Shown here one piece after another: positions 12,236-25,376 of a stretch of DNA of 64,000 nt. A program made the position numbers and the translations under genes. How positions within the stretch are numbered: position 1 is the stretch's first letter; each line of letters starts with the position of its first letter. The notes under the pieces are model-generated. The model saw nothing but the letters and a program-made list of their open reading frames with translations, was not told the DNA's origin and did not search any database. The stretch is from Mobula hypostoma (taxonomy: Eukaryota): NCBI RefSeq assembly GCF_963921235.1, contig NC_086129.1, forward strand, positions 5,208,001 to 5,272,000, written 5' to 3'.

Positions 12236-14023
12236 AACGGCGTCAAAGGTTATGGGGAGAAGGCAGGAGAATGAGGTTCAGAAGGAAAATAAGAGACTGG
12301 GACAAGTACAGAAAGCGGAAATTTTAGAGGGAGGCGAGTCAAGCACAGACAGATGGGACAGACTCAGACAGGGGTTCTTGTCTGGCTCGGAGCAGTGGGG
12401 CTGAACACCGGTTCATTTTCCACTCTCGGATCTTCACTGAGACCATTTCTCATCAGTACGTTTTACTTAGCGGTTTCTGGTCTTAACTTATTTTTAATTC
12501 GACTCAGAACAATTCTCAACAAAATCTTTATTATGTGACTCATCAGATTGATTGTTCTATAATTTTCGCAGCTTATAGTTCCAGGAATTTTTGGCAGAGT
12601 TATAAATACTGATTTCAAGAGATCGTCAGGCAATACACCAGACTCATATATGCCATTAAATAGTTCAAAAGGAATATCTATGCCCAGATCTTCTCGGGCT
12701 TGTATCATTTCATGTCCAGCAGCTTTACCATGTTTCATGCTTTTCATTGTTTTAGTTACTTCTTCTTTGGTAATAAGTGGGCCAGAATTGTGGTGTTTAA
12801 TATCTGGGGGTTCCCCTCTATTATCCTCAAACAGCTGCTCTATGTACTGAATCCACCTCTCACGTACTTTATCTGGATGCTAGTATGGATCCGTCTGCAG
12901 ATCTTATGCATCCTGTAGAGGAGGTTTTCTTAATCACAGTAATTTCCTCAACTTTCCTGTGCATTTCTTTGCTGTTGTTAACATGGCCTTCTACTTCATT
13001 GCATTTTTGATTCAGCTATTCTTCCTTTGCAATATTGCACAATTGTCTGGTCTGTCTGTCTAGCTCTCTGTACTGCACTTCATTATTCCTCATTAACCTT
13101 CTTTGTTCCATCAGATCTAGAATTCCTTGGGTTATCCATCCCTTGTTGGTGTGTTGGATTTCTTGTACTGGGATTATCTCCTCCTCTGATTGCTGTACAG
13201 TATATTTAAATCTGTCCCAAATAGGTGTTGTTACGTTCTCGTTGAGGTGTTCTTCTACAGCTGTCTTGAATTGTTGCTTAAGTATGCTATCATTTTTAAG
13301 TTCTGCCAACATACACTTCTTTCTCTTTTTTTCCACGTTTCAGTTTCTTTAACTTTCCTTTAATGGTATCTATTATGGGATGGTGATATGAACCACAGTC
13401 TGCTCCTGCGTAGGCTTTAGAATTTGTGATATTATTTCTAAAGTGTTTATTGATAGTCATGAAATCTATTTGATTCCTTGTTCTATCTCTAGGGCTAATC
13501 CAAGTACACAATCTATGTGGATGGTTTTTATACCAAGTATTGGTGATCACTTGGTTGTTTCTGACACACCAATCAGTTAAACTTTCTCTATTTTCATTTT
13601 TTTCCCTAATCCAAAGGTTCCTATGATGTTATCAACCCTTTCCTGTCCAACTTTGGCATTAAAATCTCCCGTGACTAGTTTTTTATCCTGAGATTTACAT
13701 TGCTCACAAACACTGTTGAGATCTTCATAAAACTTGTTGATATCCTCTTCATCCACATCATTTGATGGCGCGTAGGCTTGGATTAAGCTAATGTTAAAAA
13801 GGTTACCCCTTAATTCAAGTAAAAGCAGCCGATCAGATATCACCCAATATCCCATAAGACATTTTGATACTTTCAATTATTTCAAATTCTCATTAAACTA
13901 AACATTGACGGAAGGGACCAACAACTGCTTCAAAATTTATACTGGAACTAAACGGCGGTGGTAAAAATTGATGATAATATAAGCAGTTGGACTAAAGTTC
14001 AAAGAGGATTTAGATAGGGATGT

Positions 14024-14270
14024 AAACAACAGGAATTCTGCAGATGCTGGAAATTCAAGCAACACACATAAAAGTTGCTGGTGAACACAGCAGGCCAGGC
14101 AGCATCTCTAGGAAGAGGTGCAGTCAACGTTTCAGGCCGAGACCCTTAATCCTGACGAAAGGCCTCGAAGGGTCCTGACGAAGGGTCTCGGCCTGAAACG
14201 TCGACTGCACTTCTTCCTAGAGATGCTGCCTGGCCTGCTGCGTTCACCAGCAACTTTTATGTGTGTTGCT
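14024..14270. mobile_element. Penelope-derived foldback insertion
   Basis: About 90-bp inverted arms; TSD TAGATAGGGAT at 14011-14021 and 14271-14281; empty site in the paralog near 29930. Confidence 0.85.
14171..14206 (+). ncRNA. Minimal type-I hammerhead ribozyme motif
   Basis: GGTC-CTGACGA-AGG(GTCTCGG)CCT-GAAA-CG-TC^-GACT: core, stem II, palindromic ACGT stem III and stem I are all present. Confidence 0.75.
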
Positions 14271-15293
14271 TAGATAGGGATCTGTTGCCTCACCGGAATT
14301 ATTTAATATCAACAGTGAAATGATTCTCAGAGAAATAGAAGACCTAGATGGGATAACAATTGGAGGTGTTAACATCAACAATATAAGCTATGCAGACAAT
14401 ACCACCCTAACAGCAAGTGCTGCAAAATATCTATAAATCCTCCGAGACAAAGTAGTACAAACAAGTGCAGATTTTGGTCTAACCATCAACTGTAAAAAAA
14501 AACCAAATACATGGTAATATCAAAACAACAGGATACTCCCAACTGCCAACTGTGCATCGGTAACCAAGTGATTGAACAAAAGACCAGCTTTAATTACCTT
14601 GGTAGTTTTATATCACAAGATGCTAGAAGTAAAGTAGAAATAAAAAGAAGAACTGCCAATGCCAAAACCAATTTCCAAAAAAATGAAACACATTTTTACC
14701 AACAGACACATTTCTATGCCAACAAGGCTATGAAAATGTTACATCCGGTCAATCTTGCTGTACGCTTCCGAAACATGGACTATAACACCACAACTCCAAA
14801 GAAACTTAGAAGCAACAGAAACGTGATTTCTTAGAAGAATGCTGAAAATATCATATAGAGATAGGGTCACTAATGAGACAGTACGCCAACGTGCCCATAC
14901 AAAAAGATCTTTAATGTGAACATCAAATGAAAGGAAACTTAAATTCCTGGGCCATGTCAACAGAAAGGGACAAATAGAATGCCTTATATTACAAGCCGCA
15001 TGCCTGGGAAATGTGGAAGAGGAAGGCAAAGAGGAAAATATATGGACACTGTGAAAGAACTAAGTGTGCGAGATATCATTGCCGCTGTGTTCGATTGTCT
15101 AATGTGGAAAGCCATGATCGCCCAAGCGTGTCACGCGCAAGGCACATGAAGAAGACATGTTTTACAAACAATACATTTCAAGGTACAAGTTGAACATAAA
15201 TTTATTATCAAAGTGTGTTAACCAGATGCTATCAAACAATTCACAAAGATGTTGGCAAGGTAACTCAATACCCACCCCCAGCCTGGGGTAGGG

Positions 15294-15522
15294 GGAAAGT
15301 GAGAAAGAGAAATTGCCTTTCAACTCACGCGAGAGCATAGGCCATCAACTTTCTGCTGTTGATGATTCTGCAGCAGGGAATTTCTTTTTTTACGAGGTCG
15401 AGTTGCTAGTACGACACTCAACCCAACACAGATGGAAAGCGTGCACGGGAGCTGGCTGGATTCGAACTCGGGAGCCTTCGCTCCGAAGTCCGGCGCTGAT
15501 GCCACTACGCCACCAGCTGGCT
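15294..15522 (-). mobile_element. tRNA(Arg-like)-derived SINE
   Basis: A box TGGCGTAGTGG, GACTTCGGA anticodon-like arm, B box GAGTTCGAATCC; 14-bp TSD AGCCTGGGGTAGGG; empty site near 30950. Confidence 0.8.
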
Positions 15523-15539
15523 AGCCTGGGGTAGGGACT

Positions 15540-17070
15540 GGGACCAATTCCAGAGGGAGATGGTTGGGTGAGTCTGGGACTTTGTGAAGGAGCCCTAACT
15601 CGATCCTCCTCATTCACCTTTTTCCTTTCTCATTCCCACCCTCACACTCCACCGCATGTGTTTGTGTGTGAGAGAGAGACCTGTCTGCCCATTTCACCCT
15701 CCATCAATGATGTCCCTCTCCCCCAACGCACCCACACTCCTGTACACACAGCAATCCTTGCAGGCACAAATGATCCAAAAATCTTATGCACTCACTGCTG
15801 CACCAACTCCTTAGCCACTTGCTAAACTGTATATTCTTCCTATTCCTGGCACGTGGCACAAACCACAGTCCTGAGGTCACAGCCCTGGACGAGCTGCCCT
15901 TTAACTGAGCACCTCACTCCCTGAACTCCCTTTCAGAACCTCGTTACTCTACCATGCCATATCATTGGTACCCACATGGACTACGACCTTCACTGTTCAC
16001 CTTCCTTGGGAATGCTGAGGACCCGACCAGAGATGTTGCAGACGCTAGCACGCAGGAGGCAACATAGCATCCTGGAATCTCATTCTCACCCACAGAACAT
16101 CCAGTAAGTTCCCTTAGCTCATGAATCACCTACGACCACAGCTCACCTCTTCTCCACCCTTCCCTTCTCAGTCTCAGAGCCAAACTAAGTGCCAGAGACC
16201 CTATTGCTGTGACTTTCATTTGCTTGGTCATCCCACCGTCCCCAACAGTATCTAAAGTGATTTATATGTTGTTCAGAGAGCTGGACACAGGGGCACACTG
16301 CACTCTCTGTTTCTCCCTTTCCCCTTCCTGACTGTCACCCAGTTCCCTGTGCAGCGCACCTTGGTTGGAACTACCTCTCTATCTGTCCTACCTATCACAT
16401 CTTCAACCTCCCACACGATCTGGAGTTCATCCAGTTCCAGCTCCCACTCCTCAATGTGGATCGTTCGGAGCTGAAGCTGGACGCCCTTCTCACAGGTGTA
16501 GTTATCAGGGACACAGGAGGGTCCCCTGCCTTCCCACATCTCGCAAGAGGAGCTTTCCACTATCCTGCCTGCCATCTCTACTGTTCTAACCGAGCAAATG
16601 TTAAGATAAATATTCTAGTTCCATCATGATTTTGCCTTACTGCTGTGACCTTCCTTTGCCAGGTTTTTCATAAGTTCTGTTCTGTTTCTTAAGCTTTCTG
16701 TAAATGCCTGCATGAAAATGAATCTCACGGTAGTGTATGAGATGTATGTACTTTGATAATAAATTTACCTCAACTTTGACTTGACTGATGTTTCTTCAGC
16801 CTCCCGAATGATCTGGAGTTCATCCGGTTCCAGCTCCTGAATGTGGATTGTTCGGAGCTGCAGCTGGATGCCCTTCTCACAGGTGTAGTTATCAGGGACA
16901 CCGGAGGTTCCCCTGCCTTCCCACATCCCCCCAGGAGGAGTTCCCCACTATCTTGCCTGGCATCTCTACTGTTCTGAGCAAATGTGAAGAAGGGAGGGGG
17001 GGGCAAAAAAAAAATTCTACCTCCATCATAATTTTGCCATCTCTGACTGTATGCTCTCCTCACTGAAACC
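15540..17070 (-). mobile_element. Degenerate CR1 5'UTR/ORF1 remnant, N-terminus present twice
   Basis: ORF 16273..16575 [15 protein letters not shown]...; second partial copy at about 16795-17060. Confidence 0.75.
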
Positions 17071-17259
17071 TCAAAGAATTAAAGACTCTAAGTCACCGCT
17101 CCAACTCTGTCCACTCCAACAATGACCGCTCCACCTGCTCCTGCCTAACTTGGAAGTTTTTCTTGATAGTCCATTCTGACTGTTGATTGGCCACTGTTGA
17201 ATGCTCAAAAATAACCTGCCCTGAGCCACTGCCTTTAATACTCTATCGGCGAACCTGAG

Positions 17260-17975
17260 TGAATTACGTCCTCTCATGCTTCTGATCTCTCCGAGTAATG
17301 ATGGGTCAAAGCCCGGTTGGGCAGCACAAGGATGAATGACTGATTGAAACCCATCCCACATTCAGAGCAGGTGACCACCCTCACCACAGTGTGAACCCGC
17401 CACTGTCTCTGCAGTGTGGGTAAGTGTGTGAATGCCTTCCCACAGTCTGAGCAGGTCAACGTCCTCTCACTGCTGAAAACAGTCTGGTCTGTCGGTAGGT
17501 GAGATGAATGTGTGCAATAATTCCCACAGTCAGAACAGATCAACGGCTTCCACACAGTGTGAACTCGCTGATATTCGCTCAGTGGAGATGACTGAGTGAA
17601 TTCCTTCCCACAGCCTGAGCAGTTGAAGTTTCTCTCCAGTGTGAACTCGCTGATGTTCATTCATTTGAGATGTCTGAGCGAATCCATTTCCACATTCAGA
17701 ACCCAGTGTGAATTCGCTGATGTACTTTAAAGTCTGATGACCGAGTGAATCCCTTCCCACATTCAGAGCATGTGAATGGCTTCTCCCCAGTGTGAATTCG
17801 ATGATGTATCTTCAGATGAGATGATTGATTGAATCCTTTCCTATATTCAAAGCACGTGAATGGCTTCTCCCCAGTGTCAATTTGGCAGTGCCTCACAAGG
17901 GAGTATGACTCAGTGAATCCCTTCCCACATTCAGAGCATGTGAATGGCCTCTCCCCATTGTGAACTTGCTGATGC
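17260..17975 (-). pseudogene. Orphaned and degenerate 3' fingers of ZNF-B
   Basis: ZF ORFs 17696..17896 and 17274..17660 lie downstream of the SINE-derived stop. Confidence 0.8.
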
Positions 17976-18147
17976 CAGAAAGAAGAAGAAGAAACCCTTA
18001 ACCCAGAGTGGAGTCATCAGGACGCTGTCATGATGGCATTTTTTTTTAGCAGGCTTTCTTATTTTTACGAGGTCGAGTTGCTAGCTCGACGCTCAACCTG
18101 GGAGCCGGCTGGATTCGAACTCGGGAGCATTCGCTCCGAAATCCGGC
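17976..18147 (-). mobile_element. 5'-truncated tRNA-derived SINE inserted in ZNF-B finger 12
   Basis: B box GAGTTCGAATCC, (CTT)n tail, flanking repeat GCTGATGC at 17968-17975 and 18148-18155. Confidence 0.85.
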
Positions 18148-19138
18148 GCTGATGCAACTTCAGTTGATAAGACCGAGTGAACCCCTTTCCACAGTCGGAG
18201 CAGGTGAACGGTTTCTCCCCGGTGTGAATTCGGCAGTGCCTCGCAAGGCTGGATGACTGAGTGAATTGCTTCCCACATTCACAGCAGGTGAATGGCTTCA
18301 CCCCAGTGTGAATTCGACAGTGCTTCACCAGGGAGTATGAATCAGCGAATTGCTTCCCACATTCAGAGCAGCTGAACGGTTTCTCCCCAGTGTGAATTCG
18401 CAGATGTACCTTCAGATGAGATGACTGAGTGAATCCCTTCCCACATTCAAAGCAGTTGAACGGTTTCTCCCCAGTGTGAACTCGCTGATGTTCAATCAGT
18501 TCAGATGACCGAGCAAATTCCTTCCCACATTTAGAGCAACTGAATGGCCTCTCCCCAGTGTGAATTCGGTAGTGCCTCACAAGGTTGGATGAGTCAGTGA
18601 ATCCCTTCCCACATTTAGAGCATGTAAATGGCCTCTCCCCAGTGTGAATTCGGCAGTGCTTCACAAGGTGGTATGAGCCAGTGAACCCCTTCCCACATTC
18701 AGAGCAGGTGAACGGCCTCTCCCCGGTGTGAACTCGCTGATGTACCTTCAGTTGAGATGACTGAGTGAATCCCTTCCCACAGACTGAGCAGGTGAACGGC
18801 CTCTCCCCAGTGTGAACTCGCTGATGTACCTTCAGTTGAGATGACTTAGTGAATCCCTTCCCACATTGAAAGCAACTGAACGGTTTCTCCCCAGTGTGAA
18901 CTCGCTGATGCTCCTTCAGTTGGTATGACCAAGTGAATCTTTTCCCACATTCAGAGCATGTGAATGGCTTCTCCCCAGTGTGAATTCGGTAGTGGTTCAC
19001 AAGGGAGTATGAATCAGCGAATCTCTTCCCACATTCAGAGCAGGTGAACGGCTTCTCGCCGGTGTGGACTAGCTGGTGTTTCTGTAGTGTGGATGAGCGA
19101 GTGAATCGCTTCCCACAGTCTGAGCAGGTGAACGGCAT
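18065..19138 (-). CDS. ZNF-B: 11 complete C2H2 fingers plus a SINE-encoded C-terminus
   Basis: First ATG (K-MPFTC) at 19138; the ORF-track start at 19249 is GTG; tail [26 protein letters not shown] comes from the SINE. Confidence 0.85.
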   Translation of the reverse strand: MPFTCSDCGKRFTRSSTLQKHQLVHTGEKPFTCSECGKRFADSYSLVNHYRIHTGEKPFTCSECGKRFTWSYQLKEHQRVHTGEKPFSCFQCGKGFTKSSQLKVHQRVHTGERPFTCSVCGKGFTQSSQLKVHQRVHTGERPFTCSECGKGFTGSYHLVKHCRIHTGERPFTCSKCGKGFTDSSNLVRHYRIHTGERPFSCSKCGKEFARSSELIEHQRVHTGEKPFNCFECGKGFTQSSHLKVHLRIHTGEKPFSCSECGKQFADSYSLVKHCRIHTGVKPFTCCECGKQFTQSSSLARHCRIHTGEKPFTCSDCGKGFTRSYQLKLHQRRISERMLPSSNPAGSQVERRASNSTS

Positions 19139-20949
19139 CTTTTCAGTGTGAACTCGCTGGTGCTCATTCAGCTGAGATGACTGAGTGAAAGCTTTCCCAC
19201 ACAGAGCAGGTGAATGGCTTCTCCCCAGTGTGAACTCGCTGGGTGTCACTGTGGTATGGTTGAGTGTGTGAATGCCTTCCCACAGTCTAAACAGGTTACC
19301 GTCCTCTCACTGGTGAATATTCGGATATATCTTTAGCATCGACGACAGAATGAATTGCTTCCCACAGTCAGAACAGGTAGAGCATCTCACAATGGTGTGA
19401 ACTTGCTGATGGATCTTCAGGCTGGATGACTGAGTAGTTCCCCTCCCTCACACAGAGCGGGTGAATGGCCTCTCCCCACTGTGAACTGACTGGCGTGTCT
19501 GCAGGTATGATTTGAGAGAATCCCTTCCCACACTGAGAGAAGGAGAATGATATCTCACTGCAAACAATTCTCTGGCAATTCAGAAAGTCAGACGTTTCAA
19601 TCTCTTGTACAATCAATGTAGTTGAAGAACCAATCTCCAGTGAACAAATACTGGTGTGTTCTCAGCTCCCGGTTCCAGTGGATTTCACTGAGTTACAACA
19701 GAAAACTTCATTTCAGAGACAGAATACATCACCAGATACTTCTTCATCTCCAAGGATCGACAACAGATGTGTTGGTCTTGCAAAGAAAATATCTGGTCAC
19801 TCCTTATATATTCGGTCAGAGAGACAAAACTGACATGTTGAGATTCCCATGCACAAGTGTTCTGCCATTTCAAGCCTGTAAAAATATTTGAAAGGACATC
19901 AATGGGTGAAGAACATTATTTCAGGTGAGATTTTTAGTCTGAATGGTGAGAAGATAAGAAATAGGAGCACGAGAACGTCATCTGGCCCGTCTCCACCAAC
20001 CTGCCTTTCCCCATCACCCTTAATTTCCCTACTATGCAAAAATCTATCCAACCTTGTCCCAAATGCTTTTTACTGAGGTGGCCTCCACTGCTTCATTGGG
20101 CAGAGAAATCCACAGATTCACCAGCCTCAGGGAAAAGCAGTTCCTCATCTCCATCCCAAATGCCCCGAACCTTAAGCTGATGTCCTCTAGCTCCAGTCTC
20201 ACCTACCAGTGGAAACAACTTTTCCTGCCTCTGTCTTATATAATTTTACATGTTTCTATAAGATCTTCTCTGAATGTGAGCTCTGGCATCATAACATTAG
20301 CCAGTTCAACTCAAGTTGAGATATACCGCAGGCTACTGTGGGAAGCGAGGGAGGAGATGGCTGAGCATCTGGCGATGATCTTTGTATCATCAATAGGGAT
20401 GGGAGAAGTACCCAAGCATTGACCAAGAAAGGGAGTAGAGATAACCCAGGAAATTATAGACCAGTAAGTCCGGCATCAGTGATGAGCAAATTGTTGGAGA
20501 AGATCCTAACAAGGAGGGCTTATGACCATCTGACTAGGGGTAGTCAGCATGGCTTTGTCAAGGGCAGGTTACCCCTTATGAACCTGATTGAATTCTTTTG
20601 AGGACGTAACAAACCATATTGATGAAGGTACAACATTGGATGTTGTGTACATGGTTTTCAGTAAGACTTTTGATAAGGTTCCCTACACGAGGCTCATTGA
20701 GAAAGTAATGAGGCCAGGATCCAAGGAGACCTGCTTTGTGGATCCTGAACTGGCTTGCCCACAGACGGCAAAGGGTGGTTGTCGATGGTTTGTATTCTGC
20801 GTGGAGGATGGTGACCAGTGATATTCTGCAGGGATCTGGTCTGGGACACCTCCTCTTTGTGATTTTTATAAATGACCTTGATGAGGAAGTAGAAGGTTGG
20901 GTTTGTAAGTTTGTTGATGACACAAATGTAGGGGTTGCTATGGATAGTC

Positions 20950-23900
20950 GATAGTCAATAGACAATAGGTGCAGGAGTAGGCCATTCGGCGTTTCGAGCC
21001 AGCACCGCCATTCACTGTGATCATGGCTGATCATCCACGATCAGTACCCTTTTCCTGCCTTCTCCCCATATCCCTTCGCTCCACTATCTTTAAGAGCTCC
21101 ATCTAACTCTTTCTTGAAAGAATCCAGAGAATTGGCTTCCATTGCCTTCTGAGGCAGAGCATTCCACAGATCCACAACCCTCTGTGTGCAAAAGTTTTTC
21201 CTCAACTCCATTCTAAATGGTCTACCGCTTATTCTTAAACTGTGTCCTGTGGTTCTGGACTCCCCCAACATCTGGAACATCTTTCCTGCCTCTAGCGTGT
21301 CCAATCCCCTAATAATCTTGTATGTTTCAATCAGATCCCCTCTCATCCTTCTAAACTCCAGTGTATACAAGCCCAGTTGTTCCAATCTTTCAACATGTGA
21401 CAGTCCCGCTGTCCCTGGAATTAACCCAGTGAACCTACGCTGCACTCCCTCCATAGCAAGAATGTCCTTCCTCAAATTTGGAAACCAAAACTGCACACAG
21501 TACTCCATGTGGGGTCTCACCAGGACCTTGTACAACTGCAGAAGGACCTCTTTGCTCCTATACTCAACTCCCCTTGTTATGAAGGCCAACATGCCATTAG
21601 CTTTCTTCACTGCCTGCTGTACCTGTATGCTTACTTTCAGTGACTGATGAACAAGGACACCCAGATCTCGTACTTTCCCTTTTCCTAACTTGAAACCACT
21701 CAGATAGTAATCTGCCTTTCTGTTCTTGTCACCAAAGTGGATAACCTCACATTTATCCACATTAAACTGCATTTGCCCACTCACCCAACCTGTCCAAGTC
21801 ACCCTGCATTCTCATAACATCCTCCTCACATTTCACACTGTCACCCAGCTTTGTGTCATCTGTAAATCTGCTAATGTTACTTTTAATCCCTTCATCTAAA
21901 TCATTAATGTATATTGTAAACAGCTGTGGTCCCAGCACCGAGCCTTGCGGGACCCCACTACTCACTGCCTGCCATTCTGAAAGGGACCCGTTAATCCTAA
22001 TCTTTGTTTCTTGTCTGCAAACCAATTTTCTATCCATGTCAGTATCCTACCCCCAATACCATGTGCTCTAATTTTGCCCACTAATCTCCTATGTGGGACT
22101 TTATCAAAGGCTTTCTGAAAGTCCAGGTACACTACATCCACTGGCTCTCCCTTGTCCAATTTCATAGTTACATCCTCAAAAAATTCCAGAAGATTAGTCA
22201 AGGCATGATTTCCCCTTCGTAAATCCATGCTGACTCCGACCGATCCTGCCACTGCTATCCAAATATGCCCCTATTACATCTTTTATAATTGATTCCAGCA
22301 TCTTCCCCACCACTGATGTCAGACTAACTGGTCTATAATTGCCTCTCTCCCTCCTTTCTTGAAAAGTGGGATAACATTAGCTACCCTCCAATCCACAGGA
22401 ACTGATCCTGAATCTATAGAACATGATTACCAATTCTAGAGCCACCTCCTTAAGTACCCTGGGATGCAGACAATCAGCCCTGAGGATTTATCACCCTTCA
22501 GTCCCATCAGTTTCTGCCTAATGCGAATTTCCTTCAGTTCCTCCATTACCCTAGGTCCTCTCTGGCCATTATTACATCTGGGAGATTGTTTATGTCTTCC
22601 CTAGTGAAGACAGTTCCAAAGTACCTGTTCAGCTCTTCTGCCATTTCCTTGTTCCCCATAATTATTTCACCCGTTTCTGTCTTCAAGGGCCCAAATTTGG
22701 TCTTAACTAATTTTTCCTCTTCACAGAGTCATAGACATACTTTATTGATCCCGGGGGAAACTGGTTTTCATTACAGTTGCACCATAAATAATTAAATAGT
22801 AATAAAACCACAAATAATTATATAGTAATATGTAAATTATGCCAGGAAATAAGTCCAGGACCAGCCTATTGGCTCAGGGTGTCTGACCCTCCAAGGAAGG
22901 AGTTGTAAAGTTTGATGGCCACAGGCAGGAATGACTTCCTATGACGCTCTGTGTTACATCTCGGTGGAATGAGTCTCTGGCTGAATGTACTCCTGTGCCC
23001 AACCAGTGTGTAGAGGATGGGAGACATTGTCCAAGATGGCATGCAACTTGGACAGCATCCTCTTTTCAGACACCACCGTCAGAGAGTCCAGTTCCATCCC
23101 CACAACATCACTGGCCTTACAGATGAGTTTGTTGATTCTGTTGGTGTCTGCTACCCTCAGCCTGCTGCCCCAGCACACAACAGCAAACATGATCGCACTG
23201 GCCACCACAGACTCGTAGAACATCCTCAGCATTGTCCAGCAGATGTTAAAGGACCTCACTCTCCTCAGGAAATAGAGAAGGCTCTGACCCTAAAGAAGCT
23301 TTTACTATCCTCCTTTATATTCTTGGCTAGCTTACCTTCGTACCTCATCTTCCCCCCTGTATTGCCTTTTTAGTTACCTTCTGTTGCTCCTTCAAAGTCT
23401 CCCAGTCCTCTGGCTTCCCGCTCATCCTTGCTATGTTATACTTCCTCTCTTTTATTTTTATACTGTCTTGACTTCCCTTGTCATCCACGGTCGCCCGTTA
23501 CTCCCCTTAGAATCTTTCTTCCTCTTTTGGAATGAACTGATCCTGCACCTTCTGTATTATTTCCAGAAATACCTGCCACTGTCATCCCTGCTAGGGTATC
23601 TCTCTCGTAAACTCTGGCTAGCTCCTCCCTCATGGGTCCATAGTCCCCTTTGTTCAACTGTAATACTGACACTTTCAATTTTCCTTTCTCTCTTTCAAAT
23701 TGTAGATTAAAACTTATCATATTATGGTCACTACTTCCTAATGGCTCCTTTACCTCGAGTTCCCTGAGTTCATTGCACAACACTAAATCTAGAATTGCCT
23801 TCTCCCTGGTAAGCTCCAGTACAAGCTGCTCTAAGAATCCATCTGTGAGGCTCGCCACAAACTCCCTTTCTTAGGGTCCAGTACCAACCTGATTTTCCCA

Positions 23901-24142
23901 GTATACCTGCATGTTAAAATAGCCCATAACAACCGTAGTATTACCTTTGCGACATGCCAATTTTAACTCGATTAACTTGCACCCTATATCCAAGCTACTG
24001 TTTGAGGGCCTGTAGATACCTCCCATTAGGGTCTTTTTTCCCCTACAGTTTCTCAGTTCTTTCCATACTGACTCTACATCTCCTGATTCTATGTCACCCC
24101 TCGCAAGAGACTGAATTTCATTCCTCACCAACAGAGCCACCC
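20950..24142 (-). mobile_element. 5'-truncated CR1 (endonuclease to 3' tail) inserted in an older CR1
   Basis: ORFs 21041..21802, 21762..22037, 21962..22252 and 23481..23858 resemble the CR1 at 6553; splits GATAGTC|TGAATGG, which is contiguous in unit 1 near 5040. Confidence 0.85.
22725..23288 (-). mobile_element. Rex1/Babar 3' fragment nested in CR1
   Basis: ORF 22954..23259 is nearly identical to 6041..6505. Confidence 0.8.
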
Positions 24143-24902
24143 CTGAATGGTTGCCACAGTGGAGCGGGACATCAATAGGATGCAGAACAAGGCTGTGAAG
24201 TGACAGATGGAATTCAACCCAGTGGTTCACTTCGGTAGGTCAAATTTAAAGACAGAATACAATATTAATGTTTGGACTCTTGGCAGTTTGGAAGATCAGC
24301 GAGATCTTGGGGTCTGTGTCAATAGTACATGCAAAGCTGCTGCGCAGGTTGACAATGTTGTTAAGAAGGCCTTCATCAACCATGGGACTGAGTTCAAAAG
24401 CCATGAGGTAATGTTACAGATATACAAGGCCTTAGTTAGACCCCACTTTTAGTTCTGTGTTCAATTCTGATCACCTCACTGCAGCAAGTATGTGGATACT
24501 CCGGAAAGGGTGCAAAGGAGATTTGCAAGGAAGTTGCTTGGATTGGAGAGCACGCCTTACAAGAGTAGGTTGAGTAAACTTTGGAGCGATGGAAGATGAG
24601 AGGTGATCGAAGAGAGTTGTATAAGATGATGAGAGGCACTGATCGTGTGGATAGCCAGAGTCTTTATCCCACGTCTGAATTGGGTAACATGAGGGGGCAG
24701 AGTTTGAAGGTGCTTGGTAGTAGGTACAAGGGCGATACCAGAGTTAAGTTTTTGCACACAGAGAGTGGCAGGTGCGTGGAATGCACTGCCAGCGACGGTG
24801 GTGTGGCGGATACAATAAGGATCTTTTCAGACACTATTACGTAGGTACGAGGAGCTCTGAAAAATAGAGGGCTACGTGGCAGTGAAACTCTAGGCAAATT
24901 TT

Positions 24903-24997
24903 CGACGAAGGGTCTCGGCCTGAAACGTCGACTGTACCTATTCCTAGAGATGCTGCCTGGCCTGCTGCGTTCCACCAGCAACTTTGATGTGAGTTGG
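24903..24997 (+). mobile_element. Short Penelope-terminus fragment (truncated hammerhead)
   Basis: GACGAAGGGTCTCGGCCTGAAACGTCGAC...; flanked by a GGCAAATT repeat. Confidence 0.7.
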
Positions 24998-25376
24998 CAA
25001 ATTCTAGAGTAGGTTATATCGTTGGCACGATGCTGTGAGACAAAGTGCCTGTAATGTATTGTAGACTTCTGTTTCTATGTTTCTATATAAACTCCTCATC
25101 TTCCAGCAAGGCACGATCAGGCATCCTGACTGACCAACAAATTCTCTGACTGCATTCTCTCTCTCTGACAATGGGCTACTTTACCCTTCAATCAACCTGT
25201 GACTTGGCTCAATTTGTCTCTTTCCTTTGGTATTATTTTAAGTTCTGGTCATGTTCCAGAACACTACAAAGAGAACTTGTTACCACATGTCTGATCCTGG
25301 AGATTTTCTAATTACTGGGATCCTCTCCCCCAGCTGACTGACATCTATGGCAATGCCAACGAACATGAATGGGAGG

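Larger units (their letters stand above)
12410..15155. mobile_element. RTE-clade LINE with 5' inversion (minus about 12410-13865, plus about 13870-15155)
   Basis: Minus: QAYAP, GDFNAKVG, NQIDF, ENYRTINL. Plus: YAD, YASETW, LKFLGHV and a (GAA)n tail. Confidence 0.85.

Noticed and set aside
15440-15522. tRNA-Arg gene
   Set aside because: Stems do not close properly, and it has a SINE body, tail and TSD
18000-18040. Hammerhead in the SINE tail (CTGATGA on minus)
   Set aside because: No stem II followed by GAAA
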